A stretch of 63,995 bases of DNA, the filler included, from Basidiobolus ranarum (lineage: Eukaryota): assembly GCA_040143965.1 (NCBI GenBank). It is 5 parts of 5 records of this genome, joined end to end, with 100 filler letters (N's around TTAATTAATTAA, not from the genome) between each part and the next. Parts side by side here need not be neighbours in the genome. Positions count along the whole stretch, not along the records: positions 38,852 to 51,652 come from JASJQH010007395.1; positions 51,753 to 63,995 come from JASJQH010007433.1; 3 more parts are not named here. One strand, 5' to 3'. Position 1 is the stretch's first letter. Every line of letters starts with the position of its first letter. Made by a program: the position numbers and the translations under genes. The notes under the pieces are model-generated. The model did no database searches and had not been told where the DNA came from. It worked only from the letters and a program-made list of their open reading frames with translations. Shown piece by piece: positions 42,659 to 55,223 of this stretch.

Positions 42659-44780
42659 TCGATGAATTGTCTACGGTTGATACCTTGGACACTAGTTGAA
42701 TAACCAATGGAGATTTGGCGTGAAAGTTAGCTTGTCTCAAGGCTTATAAAGTTGACTTGATGGTGGTGTGGCGCAATGAGACAAAGAAATTTCGCAAAGT
42801 TTTGTGACGGCTAGTAATTGTCTTACACCAACTTGATTGGTAGTTACATTGAGTTACAATTAGTATTGCTTTTTAACGATTACCTAACCAGATTAGCCAA
42901 GGAGCGGAGAATAAGATAAATATGATTTAGTGAGCCATCAGCTCATTATACTAAAAGCATTTGAATAAGGAATGGCTAACCTAAAGCAAGCATATTATCT
43001 GAGTATTCTATCCATAGCGCCATAGCCTATGGAATGTATCATCAGAGGATCTCAGTGTTATAGTCGTCCCCTGGGCTGCTTCTAAGCCCTGTCATACATA
43101 TCTGATATACCCTTTGTGACTTCATATGAAAGCATGCCTTTTAGGTTCTCTTTTCACCAAGTGGTGAGATATAGTGACTTGAAAGCAGTACATATACAGA
43201 GCACTTCCTAGGTGAGTTGATTCGAGCTTAGTGGATCAACCACGCATACTTTGGTAATCACTCCACTCATATGACTCTCACCTTACGGCGTGATCCTTTC
43301 ATACACAGATTAGAAGATATGTCTGGAACTAACTATATCGGAACGGGCTACATCGTTGCTACATTACTGAATAAAAGATATACTAAGATAGTGAGTCATA
43401 GTGCGGTAATTATCATTCAACTGCTATGGGAGCAAGCTCAGGACAAAGCACAGTTGGTGTTATACAGTACCTCTAGAAAGCGCATATATGGAGGGTTACG
43501 ACCAGTAGAGTCGTTAGTAGAGTCGCTAATAGGCAAGAGGGAAAACAACAAATAGAAACGTGGCAGCTACCACTGTTCATGAGAGCCACGATTCTTGGCA
43601 CTTCCATAGATTTAATATGCCCATTGATAAATTGACGAAATCGTTATTTTCGACCTTTGCCATAGGTCCAGATTGCATCTATTTATCCTAAACTGGCTAG
43701 TTTCTGAAGACATTGATGTTAAAGATGCCAAGAACCTGGCCAAAAACTGTTGGTTGGGCTCGAAATGGATAAAATGGTCACCAGTACAAGCATCATATAT
43801 CCAGGGTAGTTTGAGCTTTTGATTGGACCTTGTTTGGTAGTTTATTCCTGTTTTTGGGAAGACGATGTAGAAAGATTGACACACAATAACGATTGAGGAA
43901 AATGATCATTGTGAACACTATTAGTATCATTTCCACTGTCTAGTTTGGGTGTGCTGAGTGTTTCATGTATGTCCATAACCTGGCTGTTTCAAGTTAGGTA
44001 AATGATTAAAATTATTTCAAATCAGTATTAAAGAGAAAAGAAAATCGCATAATACTATGTGAGACCGTTGATTCTATCTACTGCCCAGATTCTTCATTGG
44101 GTTTGCACACCTTACAGCTGCTATCACTTCTCAATTCTTTCATTCCTCAGTGTCTGTCCTATTTTCTTGCAAGCTATTAGGACTGTATTAAACATATATT
44201 GGCCTCCCTAAGAGCTCTATTTACCGATCTTTTTACCTCACTTGTCTTCATTTTCAAAACGTGTGAAATATCATGTGGGTGCGTCCAGCTTTAGTCAGCT
44301 CGAGTCATGGAAGGAAAAGCCTACAGTCTTCTAATTATTTCATATTCCAAGCTAACGATCCAACGAAAACTCAAAAATCCCACCTATTTTACCGGGTGAT
44401 CACTAAGCATTTTCCTCACTACAAAGGTACTCTCGCCCTGTTTAATTTTGCTTTCGTCAAATTCTTTATGTAGTCACCTAAAATTTGATCTTGCTTACTT
44501 TTGTGCCTAGTGAGCAACTCAGAATTCTCTCCACTTTGAATTCAAGTGCTAATATACTCACGATCTATCTAGTGGCGGAAGGGAACGAATACGATGAAGT
44601 GGCTTCAAACTTTCAATATCTCAACGAGGTGATAGTCCCTTCAGTGCACGGAAAGAAAACCTCCAAATTGCTGGCGAAATGGTTGAAAACCTGGTATGAC
44701 GAGAATTTTTCGGTAAGAATTGACTCCAAGTAAAATGTATCCTCCTTGTGAGCTACTAACGTAGTGATATGGTTTAGAAT

Positions 44781-46049
44781 ATGGCTTCACCTAGTGGTGA
44801 AAAAGTAAATTTACGTGTTGGCACTGCTAGTACTGACGATGAATCGTCCCTTATATCACAGCATTCTTTGAATGCGGATCTCCCGTCTAACACGCCATCC
44901 TATTCTAGTTTGATACCAGATACAAATGTCGCCAACGAAGATGGAGATCTATATCGAACAGATCTAAACAACAACTACACATCAATATCATTGCCTAATA
45001 AAATTGAGGAGACGAATGGCATGGATTCGAATCGGATCACTTCCACAGATGAACCTGTCTTTAATTCGCAGACGAGGAGTTTGCCTCCTTCTTCGTTACA
45101 CCATGAACGTTCGAACTCAGTCTCTTCGGAGCATTCTACTAGCTCCTTGGAAGATATGGATGGTATTGGAGAGAATTGGTGGTCAAAACAAGGCTTAGGT
45201 GTACTGTCCCACTGGTTCGACTCCCCAATTACAGACAGCGGAAAAAAGAAACAGGGCCAGAATCGTACAAGTATCTTGGATATTCCAATCCAATTCATTG
45301 CTTTGCTCACATATCCAGAGATAGATCCAGTCAGTAGAAAGAAGTTGACATATAGTGGTATAGTGTTTATCAAAATAGATTCGCTAAACTGTTGCTTGAT
45401 ATTCACCTGTAAGTTTTTAGACCTGAAGGAAATTGGGAGAGTTAAAAATCGAAGAAAAGTACTATTGTTCCTGACAATCTACTCATTCGTAGTTCGATGG
45501 TGTTCCTTTGACTTATTCCTGGTAGTCTTATTCTCAGCAAACTGTGGGATTCTATTTCTAATGAAGAATTCCGGAAAAGTGAATATGCAAATGGCAAAGA
45601 GGTAAGCGGAATGATGGCCCATGCTATACCCGGTGTCAAGAAAACCCGCCTAATCTTTTGTCTTTAGAACTGTGCGCCAGCGTGCGAATTACATGAAGCA
45701 GTGGGCGGGTGGCCTCTTTAAGAAAAATAGCAACAACGGTTACCCGGGCCCGCCTCAATACTATCCGAATTCATCTTCGGTGCAGGCAAACAAGGTATTG
45801 ACGAAAGCTGCTACTGACGTATCATCTGAGAGTGCCAAGCATAAGAAATTCTTCTCAAAGAAGAACCACTCTCTGATGGATGCTGGCAAGACGGATGAAG
45901 TCAAGACAAAAAAGAAGCTTTTTCCGAGGTCATCGTCCAAGGCTACCTCAGCTAGTGTGCCAATTTCGTTGCCCAACAACTCGGAGCCTGAACTGAACAA
46001 GCTAGGGCACAATGGTCGATTAATGTCAATAGACAATTCCTCATTTTAA
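44781..46049 (+). CDS. Hypothetical membrane protein (Ser-rich N-terminus, two adjacent hydrophobic segments, basic C-terminus)
   Basis: Exons joined by introns ~45357-45420 and ~45602-45668: PIQFIALLTYPE...RRKVLLFLTIYSFVVRWCSFDLFLVVLFSANCGILFLMKN...QRANYMKQWAGGLF. May extend 5' through exons near 44273-44426 and 44573-44712. Confidence 0.7.
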
Positions 46050-46782
46050 AATAGTTCCTTATTTTATTTTTTACTGCTGATGACGTATCATGTCCGTTTG
46101 TTTAGCAACCGTTCTCCTTAATTATTGTCGTTATTATGCTCATTTCTATTCTTAACCAATCAAATATGTTGCACCTGCATGAATGCATAACCCACCCTAC
46201 TCTAAACCACAATATGGATCCCTTGGCTTGTTTAAAGCAGCAGTTGTCAAATGGTTCATTTATCTTGGAGAGATGAAGAAGTCACAGGATTCATTCTACG
46301 ATCAACGCAATTGGTCGATTGAGAAGTAAAATGGGCTAAGCCAAAAACATACTATTTCCTACAATGCGTGCCAATTTTTTGTTTTTTAAGGTTACCATAC
46401 GATGAGATCGTTTAGCAAATCTAAAAATCATTTCGGCTACATGAAACACCTTAGATCTAGCATTTCATTAGAGTTTTGACATCCTCAATAATACCGATTC
46501 CTCAAGCCATCTGTATATATATATCGATAGAGAAGGATCTTAAAGGATTAACCACTGCAGTAGATACGAGATAGAGATATGTATATATGAGGGAATCAAT
46601 GTCTCTTCATCCTAGTTGGCTACAGATCATTGGGAATATGAGCAAAGTCATTTGTTCGATGTGAGTTGACGATTCTCTTGCTAGCCTAATTCAGTTCAAT
46701 CTATCCGTTGGAACCTATCCAAGTTCTATTGATTGTGCTTACCGCGTTTCCAATACATTTAGGCATTCCTGTTTAATAAGAA

Positions 46783-46875
46783 GATGCGTATCCGGGTTCG
46801 AAGGGTGAAGTCTACATGAAGCAACCTCGGATCAAGCAGTTGAGTTTCGGTAAAACTATGGAGCAATCCTTGTAA
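46783..46875 (+). mobile_element. Possible relic of copia-type reverse transcriptase
   Basis: Translates DAYPGSKGEVYMKQPRIKQLSFGKTMEQSL*. EVYMKQP resembles the Ty1/copia RT motif (E)EVYMxQP. Confidence 0.35.
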
Positions 46876-47513
46876 CAGCGACAGCTACTCACAAGTTAGG
46901 TGCTTGAGAGTTGCATTCAAATACCTACATGTTATTAAGCTACTTTCCTTATTAATTGCATATCTGAGTAATATTTTAGTCGAAATTGTCAACTATATTT
47001 GGCAGAATCAGACACAAATTGCAAATCAGAGATTCCTTCTAATTAGCCAAGTGACTTCTAATTTCAGTTTAAAGAATGTATGGATTTCTCAAAGGAAAAC
47101 TCTTTCATTGTGGCTGAGACATTGCACTGAGACTTTCCAAGATCTCACAAATCATAATAGCGGTTACAATCTCGAGACTGGACCAAACCTCCTCGTGCGT
47201 TTACTTTACATTCACTACTCTGCTGAGAAACATTATTATAAATTTAATAAAAATCCGGTCTTATAATAGGGGTATAATACTCTAGAGACCTATGATAGAA
47301 AAAGGTTATTTGTAGGCAGCCCTTATCACGATTGATTTTACTATCCAGATGGCTTCAGAGCATTGACCATTATACTCCTTTATTGCAGAGCAGTCTCTAT
47401 AATAATGACAACAACGCATCCTATATATCAAGAAAATATGACAACTAATAAAGATGATATCTTCATGTTTTATTGAATCATGACTATTGGAATTATGAGT
47501 GACTCTCATTTCT

Positions 47514-48149
47514 TCAAACTAGTAAAGTAATGATAAGGGCAGTAATGGCTACCGCTCCAGAGCTAAATACAAGCTTGTTAGTTGAAGCATTTGTACTCCT
47601 AGTCGGCTCAACAACATTGCTTGTTCTAGCTGGATCAATAATATTGCTTGTGCTAGCTGGATCAATAAGATTGCTTGTTTTAGCTGGCTCAGTAACACTG
47701 TTTGTTCCAGTTGGCACAATATCATTACTTGTGACGGGAACTGTACCAGGACCAGCTTTAACTGAGTTAGCGGGATTTAGAGTGGTATTAGACAGTAAAG
47801 GCGCACACTCCATTTTGTATTCGCTCACATTTTTGATCTCGTTCCGAGTGATCTTATTGATCTGAGTAATAGGGCATGGCAAGCAATCACTTTCAAAAAC
47901 AGCATAAACATCCTCGTTACATGCACATTCTGGCTCCAGGTCAGATTCAGGCCAGCTACCCCCTGTAAATATTTGCTTCAAACAAGGATAAGCACCAAAG
48001 CACTTCGCACAGTTTGGGTGATTATTGATCATATCTAATACATCCGAATACCCACCATACTCATTTTCTATATAGCCGTCGTCGTACTGGGCAATGATGG
48101 AATCAGCCAAAGAGATAATGAAAAGGATAGACACTGCCCTGAATATCAT
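47514..48149 (-). CDS. Secreted, probably GPI-anchored Cys-rich surface protein
   Basis: Signal peptide from the second Met (48149), an 8-Cys domain, 9-aa repeats (TSNLIDPAS/TSNIIDPAR/TSNVVEPTR), and a hydrophobic C-terminus. Confidence 0.8.
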   Translation of the reverse strand: MIFRAVSILFIISLADSIIAQYDDGYIENEYGGYSDVLDMINNHPNCAKCFGAYPCLKQIFTGGSWPESDLEPECACNEDVYAVFESDCLPCPITQINKITRNEIKNVSEYKMECAPLLSNTTLNPANSVKAGPGTVPVTSNDIVPTGTNSVTEPAKTSNLIDPASTSNIIDPARTSNVVEPTRSTNASTNKLVFSSGAVAITALIITLLV

Positions 48150-48930
48150 GCTAGTAGAAAGGGAAGTTTGTAAAGAGATAGATGGTGCACTGTACTTATA
48201 TAGATTTCTGCTTAGATCCGCGACAGTTGTGTACAATTAATGTTACAAATATACTAATATGGCTTTTTGCCTAACCAGAATTCTACCGCGGTAGTCTGCA
48301 GGCTGAAGTCTTGCTAAACATTACTTCTTCCATTAGAAATTTTCTGCTGGTATTTCATGTCATCATGATTACTCCATTCGTAGCTGTGCATAAACACTTT
48401 ATTAACAATAACCATACGTGAAAGAAAGCAAATCTCTAATAAACTCGTCAGTTGTTTTATTTATGCTTTACGGAGTTACAAAACCACAAAGTTGATAAAA
48501 TCCAGATATTAGGCAGAGCGCCCTTGACCGTTCGAGTATTTCGAACTGGAGTCCGTTAGAGAATTCCTTTTGGAATCCAAGTATGTGCTAGAATCAAGCT
48601 ATATTCTATCAGAAATCTTTTGATGTAGGACAGATTTCATGTTGCATGGAGAAAAAATCCATTACCAAGTTTACTTCATCAGTTGCGTGAGAAATTTCAC
48701 GATGTCCCTGTTAATTCGCTGTAGTTACGATTGCGGACTCGCTCAATCTACTATAGAATTTACTCATAGTTAAAGTCATTTTTTCTCCTTAACCTTGGCT
48801 AAAGATACTCAGTGTCGTATACAAAATTGCCCAGAGTTGCACTTCGTATATTAAATGATGCTCTATTAATAAATAATGACAATTGACAGCGGAAATTCAC
48901 ATTTCCAGAGCAACTCTGAGCCTTGAAATT

Positions 48931-49150
48931 TTAGTTAGTGACATGATAGCTCTCACTAAATACATCATCGTCATTGGTAATCACCGAGTGGGCTGATGTT
49001 GCAGAAGCTACAGCTCCAACTCTAGGTGATCCGTAGTTATACAAGTGAGTTCTGTCCACCACAGCTCCCAACAATAAACGAGCAAAGGGATCTTCAAGTG
49101 GATATATTACCATTCCGAGCAGAATGTGGCTACTTACCAGTGACAGCCAT
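48931..49150 (-). pseudogene. Class 3 lipase relic
   Basis: HLYNYGSPRVG (family YTYGxPRVG) then SYHVTN* (family YRVTN). Upstream AVTG..HS resembles a broken VTGHSLG. Confidence 0.45.
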
Positions 49151-50104
49151 TCACATTTAAGGATATGATATGTCTGACGGTTCCTATGACTTTCCTATCA
49201 TAGCAACAGATATATCTCATTAATGCTCCTATATTTTCTATAAAATACTACCAAGGTAGATCATACAATATGATTTTCAGGCAAGATTCACTCCACGAGC
49301 AGAGTCTCCAGATGTACATCAAATGTTTGCACTAAGGGACAAGCCGAGGTGAGTGTATTATGCGAGCCACCGGTATGCTCATCTGCGGTATTAAGTAGAG
49401 GGATTTCAATTCCATCCCTTTTGTAAATAGATGATGCTTAGATGCTCACTGTGCTCTTTACAGTTGGAAAGTGGAGAGAGATTCGAGCAGAGTATAGATG
49501 TATTCAAATATTTCCATAGTATATGTATTCAATTGGGAGAGTAATATGAGATATATATTGCTAAGTTAGGCATTATAGTAGATTCAGGCAGGTTGAAATC
49601 TACACTGCGATATTGTGCCTAGGTCTCGTAAGTAGTTAAGAGAGATATTAACCTAGCTAGGAATCAAATCTGGTATTTTCTCAACTCTAGCAGGGTGCTC
49701 TAATCGTTGATCTACTAGTTCTAAACCTTATTATATATACTAGTTAATCCTTTATTAATGAGATATTCGCAACTCCAATATACTCTCGAACTTGGCTGCG
49801 CAAAAAAGCCTATTTGTATACCTGTCCTGCTAAAAATAATGTTAAATATCAAATTCAAAATCTCAGTATCCCCTGTCCAGCATCATATCCTGAAAAGCAT
49901 AGTTGCCTGTTCTGAGATTTTGGTTTTGGGGAAGTACCATAGGAAAGTATACTTATTTTGCGGTGTAGTGGTCATTACAAGCACTTGAAAGCTTGAGGAA
50001 TAAATCAAGTGCAAAAATGAGAGCAGGCTCTGAACAGTTGAATCCTGAAGCAACTTAGGATAATCTTCAAACTTCAAGTTTGACCTGAACATTATGGATA
50101 TCAT

Positions 50105-50453
50105 TGCTCAAATTAACATATACTAAACATCCATATAGTCATATATAGCTTGGTAATTAGTTATTCTATATTTCCCTAAGTATCACCTACGATTCGAAAT
50201 GGGAATTTACTTGGAATATTTTTACCAAGAAGATATATAGATTTTGAGAACTTTCTCTAGAGACTCCAAATGTTGCACACATGTACCTGGGACCTTCCTT
50301 AACACATTCTACACGTTTTTTCTTTACTTCTTGACAAAACTATAAATGTCAACTTTTGACTCGATAAATCAGTAAGTGAAAAACCATCAATTCTTCTAGT
50401 TCTCCTAGCCACTTCCAACAACTCCTAAAATACTTCAACAGGTTATGAGACCC
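50105..50453 (+). mobile_element. LTR copy D (50105-50440) followed by a half-tRNAiMet primer-binding site (50441-50453)
   Basis: Full-length copy ending TACTTCAACA, directly followed by GGTTATGAGACCC. This is one insertion away from the Ty5-type PBS GGTTATGAGCCC. Confidence 0.8.
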
Positions 50454-50764
50454 AAACTTACACCCTCTGTAATGTATACCTATCAAATTTCTGGAACTTT
50501 TCCTCCCTCTGTTTCCTGAAACACTCGGATTAATGAGGAGTTTGTAAAAGCTCAATCAAAATTCTTTGCAATGACTAAAACAGGTAAAAATATCTAAATG
50601 GCAACGCCTCTTTTGTCTAGACAACTACCAAGTAAAAATCCCGATATTGCTTATTTCTGTAAATAATTTACCTGGTCAATGTTCTATCCCTCACCGCAGT
50701 TGTTTCTTCAAGTCTATTGCTAAATAACCTCCTCGCTCACCAGGGTGCTGAGGAACAGGCAAAC

Positions 50765-51652
50765 TGGAGCTTGGGAAAGAAAATATGGGATTCCTGTTGC
50801 TCACCGGGAAGACTGTACCCCATCCGATCTGCTGCTCCAACTCAGGCCGTAACCACTAATAAGTCAGAAGATGTCGCTGTCTTTGGAGAATTACTGCCTG
50901 AAGTCATTAACACCGATAATAAGAAAGTTAAGTCACTTGGTTCTCGTTTCTTTGACCGCTTTACAAGTTTTGCCGGATCACGATTCTCTTTCGTGTCAAC
51001 GTAAGTGGTTATATTTGGATGGGCTGTAGCTGGTATTGTTCTAGGAGCTCCAGCCAATTGGCAGATTGCGTTTTCTGATGGTGGCTCTATCCAATGTTAT
51101 ATCTCGGACTCATTCTTGATGCGTCAACAATATATCCAATGCAATAAGCTGTTAGCCACCATTGCTCAGTTGCGTTCTAGAAATGTTATATACAAGCGAC
51201 TACTACTCGATCCACAGATTGCAAAGAAGATCTAAGAATTAAAGGCAAATAAAAGTCTTCAAATGTATGAGGATAAAGTGGGTGGCACAGTGCAATTGCC
51301 TTTGGAAAATTGGTTCAACAAGCTTTGTAATTGGGTTTCTCTTCTTGTTGGTTCCATCTATTCTGCCATTTTCTACTGGACTAGATGCTCCACTTCAATG
51401 GAGTAATATATGGTAACTCTATATCAACACAGCTTCTGCTATTCGGCTTACCTTCTGCTCCATGTTCCTTCAACATACCCCCCGTATCCATATGGAGTAT
51501 TTCGAGAAGTGCCTTGCCTCAGTTAAAAAGGCTGATTGCGAGTTAGAGCCTCTATTTCGCCAGGCAACTGGTGACTGTAAACTGCACCCAGCGGGTGAGA
51601 TTCTGCCTCTTAAGGTTGGCTATGGTGTGCGAGCCCTCGACTACTGCGCTGC
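50765..51652 (+). pseudogene. FET4: Low-affinity Fe(II) permease Fet4 pseudogene, cut by contig end
   Basis: WQIAFSDGGSIQCYISDSFLMRQQ, LPLENWFNKLCNWVS and WSNIW*LYINTASA motifs. In-frame TAA at 51002-51004, 51233-51235 and 51414-51416, plus a deletion/frameshift near 51383. Confidence 0.85.
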
Positions 51653-51752
51653 NNNNNNNNNNNNNNNNNNNNNNNNNNNNNNNNNNNNNNNNNNNNTTAA
51701 TTAATTAANNNNNNNNNNNNNNNNNNNNNNNNNNNNNNNNNNNNNNNNNNNN
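51653..51752. other. Artificial contig spacer
   Basis: N44-TTAATTAATTAA-N44. Confidence 0.98.
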
Positions 51753-52094
51753 GATAAAATCATGCCCTAGTCTCGCGCGGTTACCCACTGCTTTCCCTAA
51801 GCCTACGTACACTAATCCCTTGCTAAGCCACCCTACCCCTCCAAAAAGACAGCTATACCCCCTCCTCTCTCCTCTCTCCTCCCCCTCTACTCCTATATAC
51901 ATCCACACTTTCTCTAGCAAGATGTGCCCACTATTTTGTATTATTTATCTTTATAAAAATGAGAGATTGTTGCTAAATTTCTGCGTAACCATAGAAACTG
52001 TGATTCTCATAGTGAAGAGAAGCCACTTCAAGTAAGATATTCCACGAAACAATTAGTGAAAGATGGGATTAACTAGTCACGGTTTATTTCTCAA

Positions 52095-53011
52095 TTAATT
52101 AGGGAAATTCAAGTATTCAACAGGGTTTGAAGGATCAATATCTCCCCACCAAGGTAAAGTCATATCCAAATTTTCGAAATAAATATCTGGCCAAAATTTC
52201 TTAATAGCGTCCAAAATTCCTACAGTTAATACATCATTTCCAACGGAATTTAAATGTAATCCATCATCCAATAAATAATCTATTAATTCACTCTCATTTT
52301 CAAAGATATCTTCATTAATTAATTGCCACAAGTTCACCACTGGTATATCCATCTCTTCACCTACTTTCGAACATCCAATAACATAACTGTAGGTGGTTTC
52401 GGCGTTACGATCTAATGTTCTTCCTCCTTCTAGACAATGCTTTTCCCATGCAGTTTCATCAAGAGGTGGGGGTGTAATTAATAGTATACGAGTATTCGGA
52501 GAGTAATATTTCGATTCGGGTGAATGTATCATGTTGATTAATTCTCGAAGGTTTTGTTGATATTGTTCAAGTGGTACATGTTGAGGTGAACTGGGAAGTG
52601 CGGCATCATTAGCACCAAAGAATATGGTCACCAACTCGAACGGAACTTCGACCCCATCTTTAGATACTGGTAATATTTGTGGAAATATGTGCTTAGCCCA
52701 CGCTGTGTTATATCCTAAATAGATGGAAAGTTTCTTAGTACGGAAACCTACAAATAATTTACTTCCTTTGGTTAATAGTTTACTTCATTCTTACCTGAAA
52801 AACCTCGATTTACCACATCTAACTTTCTTGCATATCGATGTTCTAAAGCAGCACCCCAACCCTTTAACTCTTCGTTAAAACTATACTGAAATGATACAAA
52901 TTAGTTTAGAAATTCCATTATTTCCTCCTCTCTCTTAATAGATTGTACATATAACTATTATACCTGAGTGATAGAATCACCAAATAAAACTATCTTCTTG
53001 AAGTCAAACAT
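52095..53011 (-). CDS. IAH1: SGNH/GDSL esterase, isoamyl acetate-hydrolysing esterase family
   Basis: MFDFKKIVLFGDSITQ, DVVNRGFSGYNTAWA, IFFGANDAA, QHVPL and DGLHL motifs. Two introns. Confidence 0.9.
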
Positions 53012-53457
53012 GAGGGGGAATTATCCTACTGGACAAGGTAAAGAATTATCGAAGCAGAAATACGAATGTTTATATTGATATTGATGAACGGTTGGCCTTT
53101 TTATCTTGGTTTCAATTGAAATGGATATTATAGTAATATTGGTAACCAATCATTTCAATAACTTCACTAAATGTTATCTTAACTTGCTCCTTTTGGAAAA
53201 TCAATTTTGCTTTGGTCACAATCCAATTATAGTACATGTGGCCCAGAGATTGTCACCTACTACGGAGGATTCGTGCTATTACTATGAAAAAACATCATAC
53301 GTTCCGTTGGAATCACCATTTATTATCTTCACATGTAACATAGTGTATAATGCTAAGAGAGGATGAGGAGCGGGGGTGGCAGTGGCAGTGATACTTGATA
53401 GGGTAAAGATTATACATTGGTTAACATAATTTCAATCAGAAAGCCTCAACGTCTACT

Positions 53458-55223
53458 TTATTTGATGGCCTTCTTCAGGATCTTTTCAATCTCTTCCCAA
53501 TCGTCAGTAGGTACTTTGACAATGGGTCTTTGAAGATAATTTTCAATCACTCTCATTTCTTCCCATGATTTACGATCATGAACAAAGTTGATGCTCACTC
53601 CGGTACGACCGAAACGTCCAGTACGTCCAATACGATGTAGATAGGTCTCTGGGTCTGGCTTGAAGTTACTATCTAATGGCATGTCGTAATTGATCACTAA
53701 ATTCACCTGTAAAATGTCGATACCACGAGCAATCACATTGGTGGTGACTAGAACCTTGGATTTACCGGTACGGAAAGAATCCATCACTGCATCACGCTCA
53801 CTTCCTTCAAGACGTCCATGTAATGAGATAACGGCATGTCCTTCCGCAGTCATTCTTCTAGCAATCTCATCGGCAGTTTCACGACGACGTACGAAGATTA
53901 TACTCTGTCCAATGGTAAGAAGACCATACAAACCAGTCAACACTTCGAATTTGTGTTGTTCACTCTTACAATCCATAAAGAATTGTTTGATAGCATCTAC
54001 TGAAAGTTCTTCCACCTTAAGTCTAATCTCATTAGCATTAGGGGCGAATTTACTGGCGAAATCACGGACATTATCCGGGAAAGTGGCCGAGAAAAGAACA
54101 ATTTGACAACCGGATGGCATGGCTTTTTTAACTCGGATACTTTGATCACCTAGACCTTGTTGGTCTAACATATTATCGGCTTCATCCAGAACAAAGACCT
54201 TGACATCACTAGTGGACAGCATTCTTTTTTTGATAAGATCAGTCACGGTACCTGGTGTACCAACTACCACTTGAGAAGTGATGCGCTGTCCTCTAGGTAC
54301 TGAGTCCTTGATAGCGTAAGAGGTTGTAAGCTTGGTATACTTGCCCATCTGAGTGATGACGTCCATAATCTGTCTAGCCAATTCACGAGAAGGTGCCAAA
54401 CAAATAGCCTAAAATTTATAAAATTCAATCAATACAGTCACTTTGATGACGAAACATACCCTCTTACAGTGAGGATACACTATTCAGAAAAGGAAGAATC
54501 AAAGGCTTACTTGAGGTGTTTGCTTTTCGTAATCAATTCTGGTAAGCATAGCTAAAACAAAGGCAGCAGTTTTACCAGTACCAGATTGGGATTGTCCGAT
54601 CATGTTCTTAGCTCTACAAAATCAACAACTTGGGTTTAAAAACCAACTAAATAAATTCCAAAACTAAGGATGAATTACTTACGGATTCTGCAAAAGAAGT
54701 GGAAGGGCTCTCTCCTGAATTTTGGAAGGTTTGGTAAACTTCATATCATAGATTCCTTTGAGTAGATTAGGATGTCTATGGAGATTATCAGCTTTAGTAT
54801 TTGCCAATTCACAACTATCAAACCATAAACTTCTCTCTCTTGGAAAAGAAAACGAATAAACTTACAAGCCAAGTTCTTCAAAAGATTTAACCGAAAACAA
54901 GGGGGAATTGGGATCAGCCTGAAGATCGGCTAAGCGAACTTCTACATTGTGCTCGTTTTCAATCAAACCATCATGTTTAGGTTTAACTATTACAAGAAGA
55001 AAAGAGAAAAAGGTCAGAGAAATTAGATATCTTCGTTGTTGAAAATGATGGTTGAGAGTCAAGTTGGAGCACAAATTTCTATTCTCTTTTCAACATACCA
55101 TCTTCAGTCTTCAATTCACTGAGTTCCTCAGTAATATCTTCTACAGGGGCGGCTAATTTAAGGTTGTTAAAGTCGTGGTGGATGAAATGTTAACTTCTAT
55201 TTGGTCTTACCATCACTCGACAT
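53458..55223 (-). CDS. DBP5: DEAD-box mRNA export helicase Dbp5
   Basis: [55 protein letters not shown] and [13 protein letters not shown] motifs. Five introns. Confidence 0.96.

Noticed and set aside
50571..50660. RLFCLDNYQ as a possible copia gag start after the PBS
   Set aside because: Only a vague resemblance to the LxGxxNYxxW motif, and it is interrupted by stops.
55037..55095. TGTTGAAAA...TTTTCAACA inverted repeat in a DBP5 intron, resembling the LTR termini
   Set aside because: Only a 9-bp AT-rich stem with no internal similarity to the LTR; probably chance or a local hairpin.
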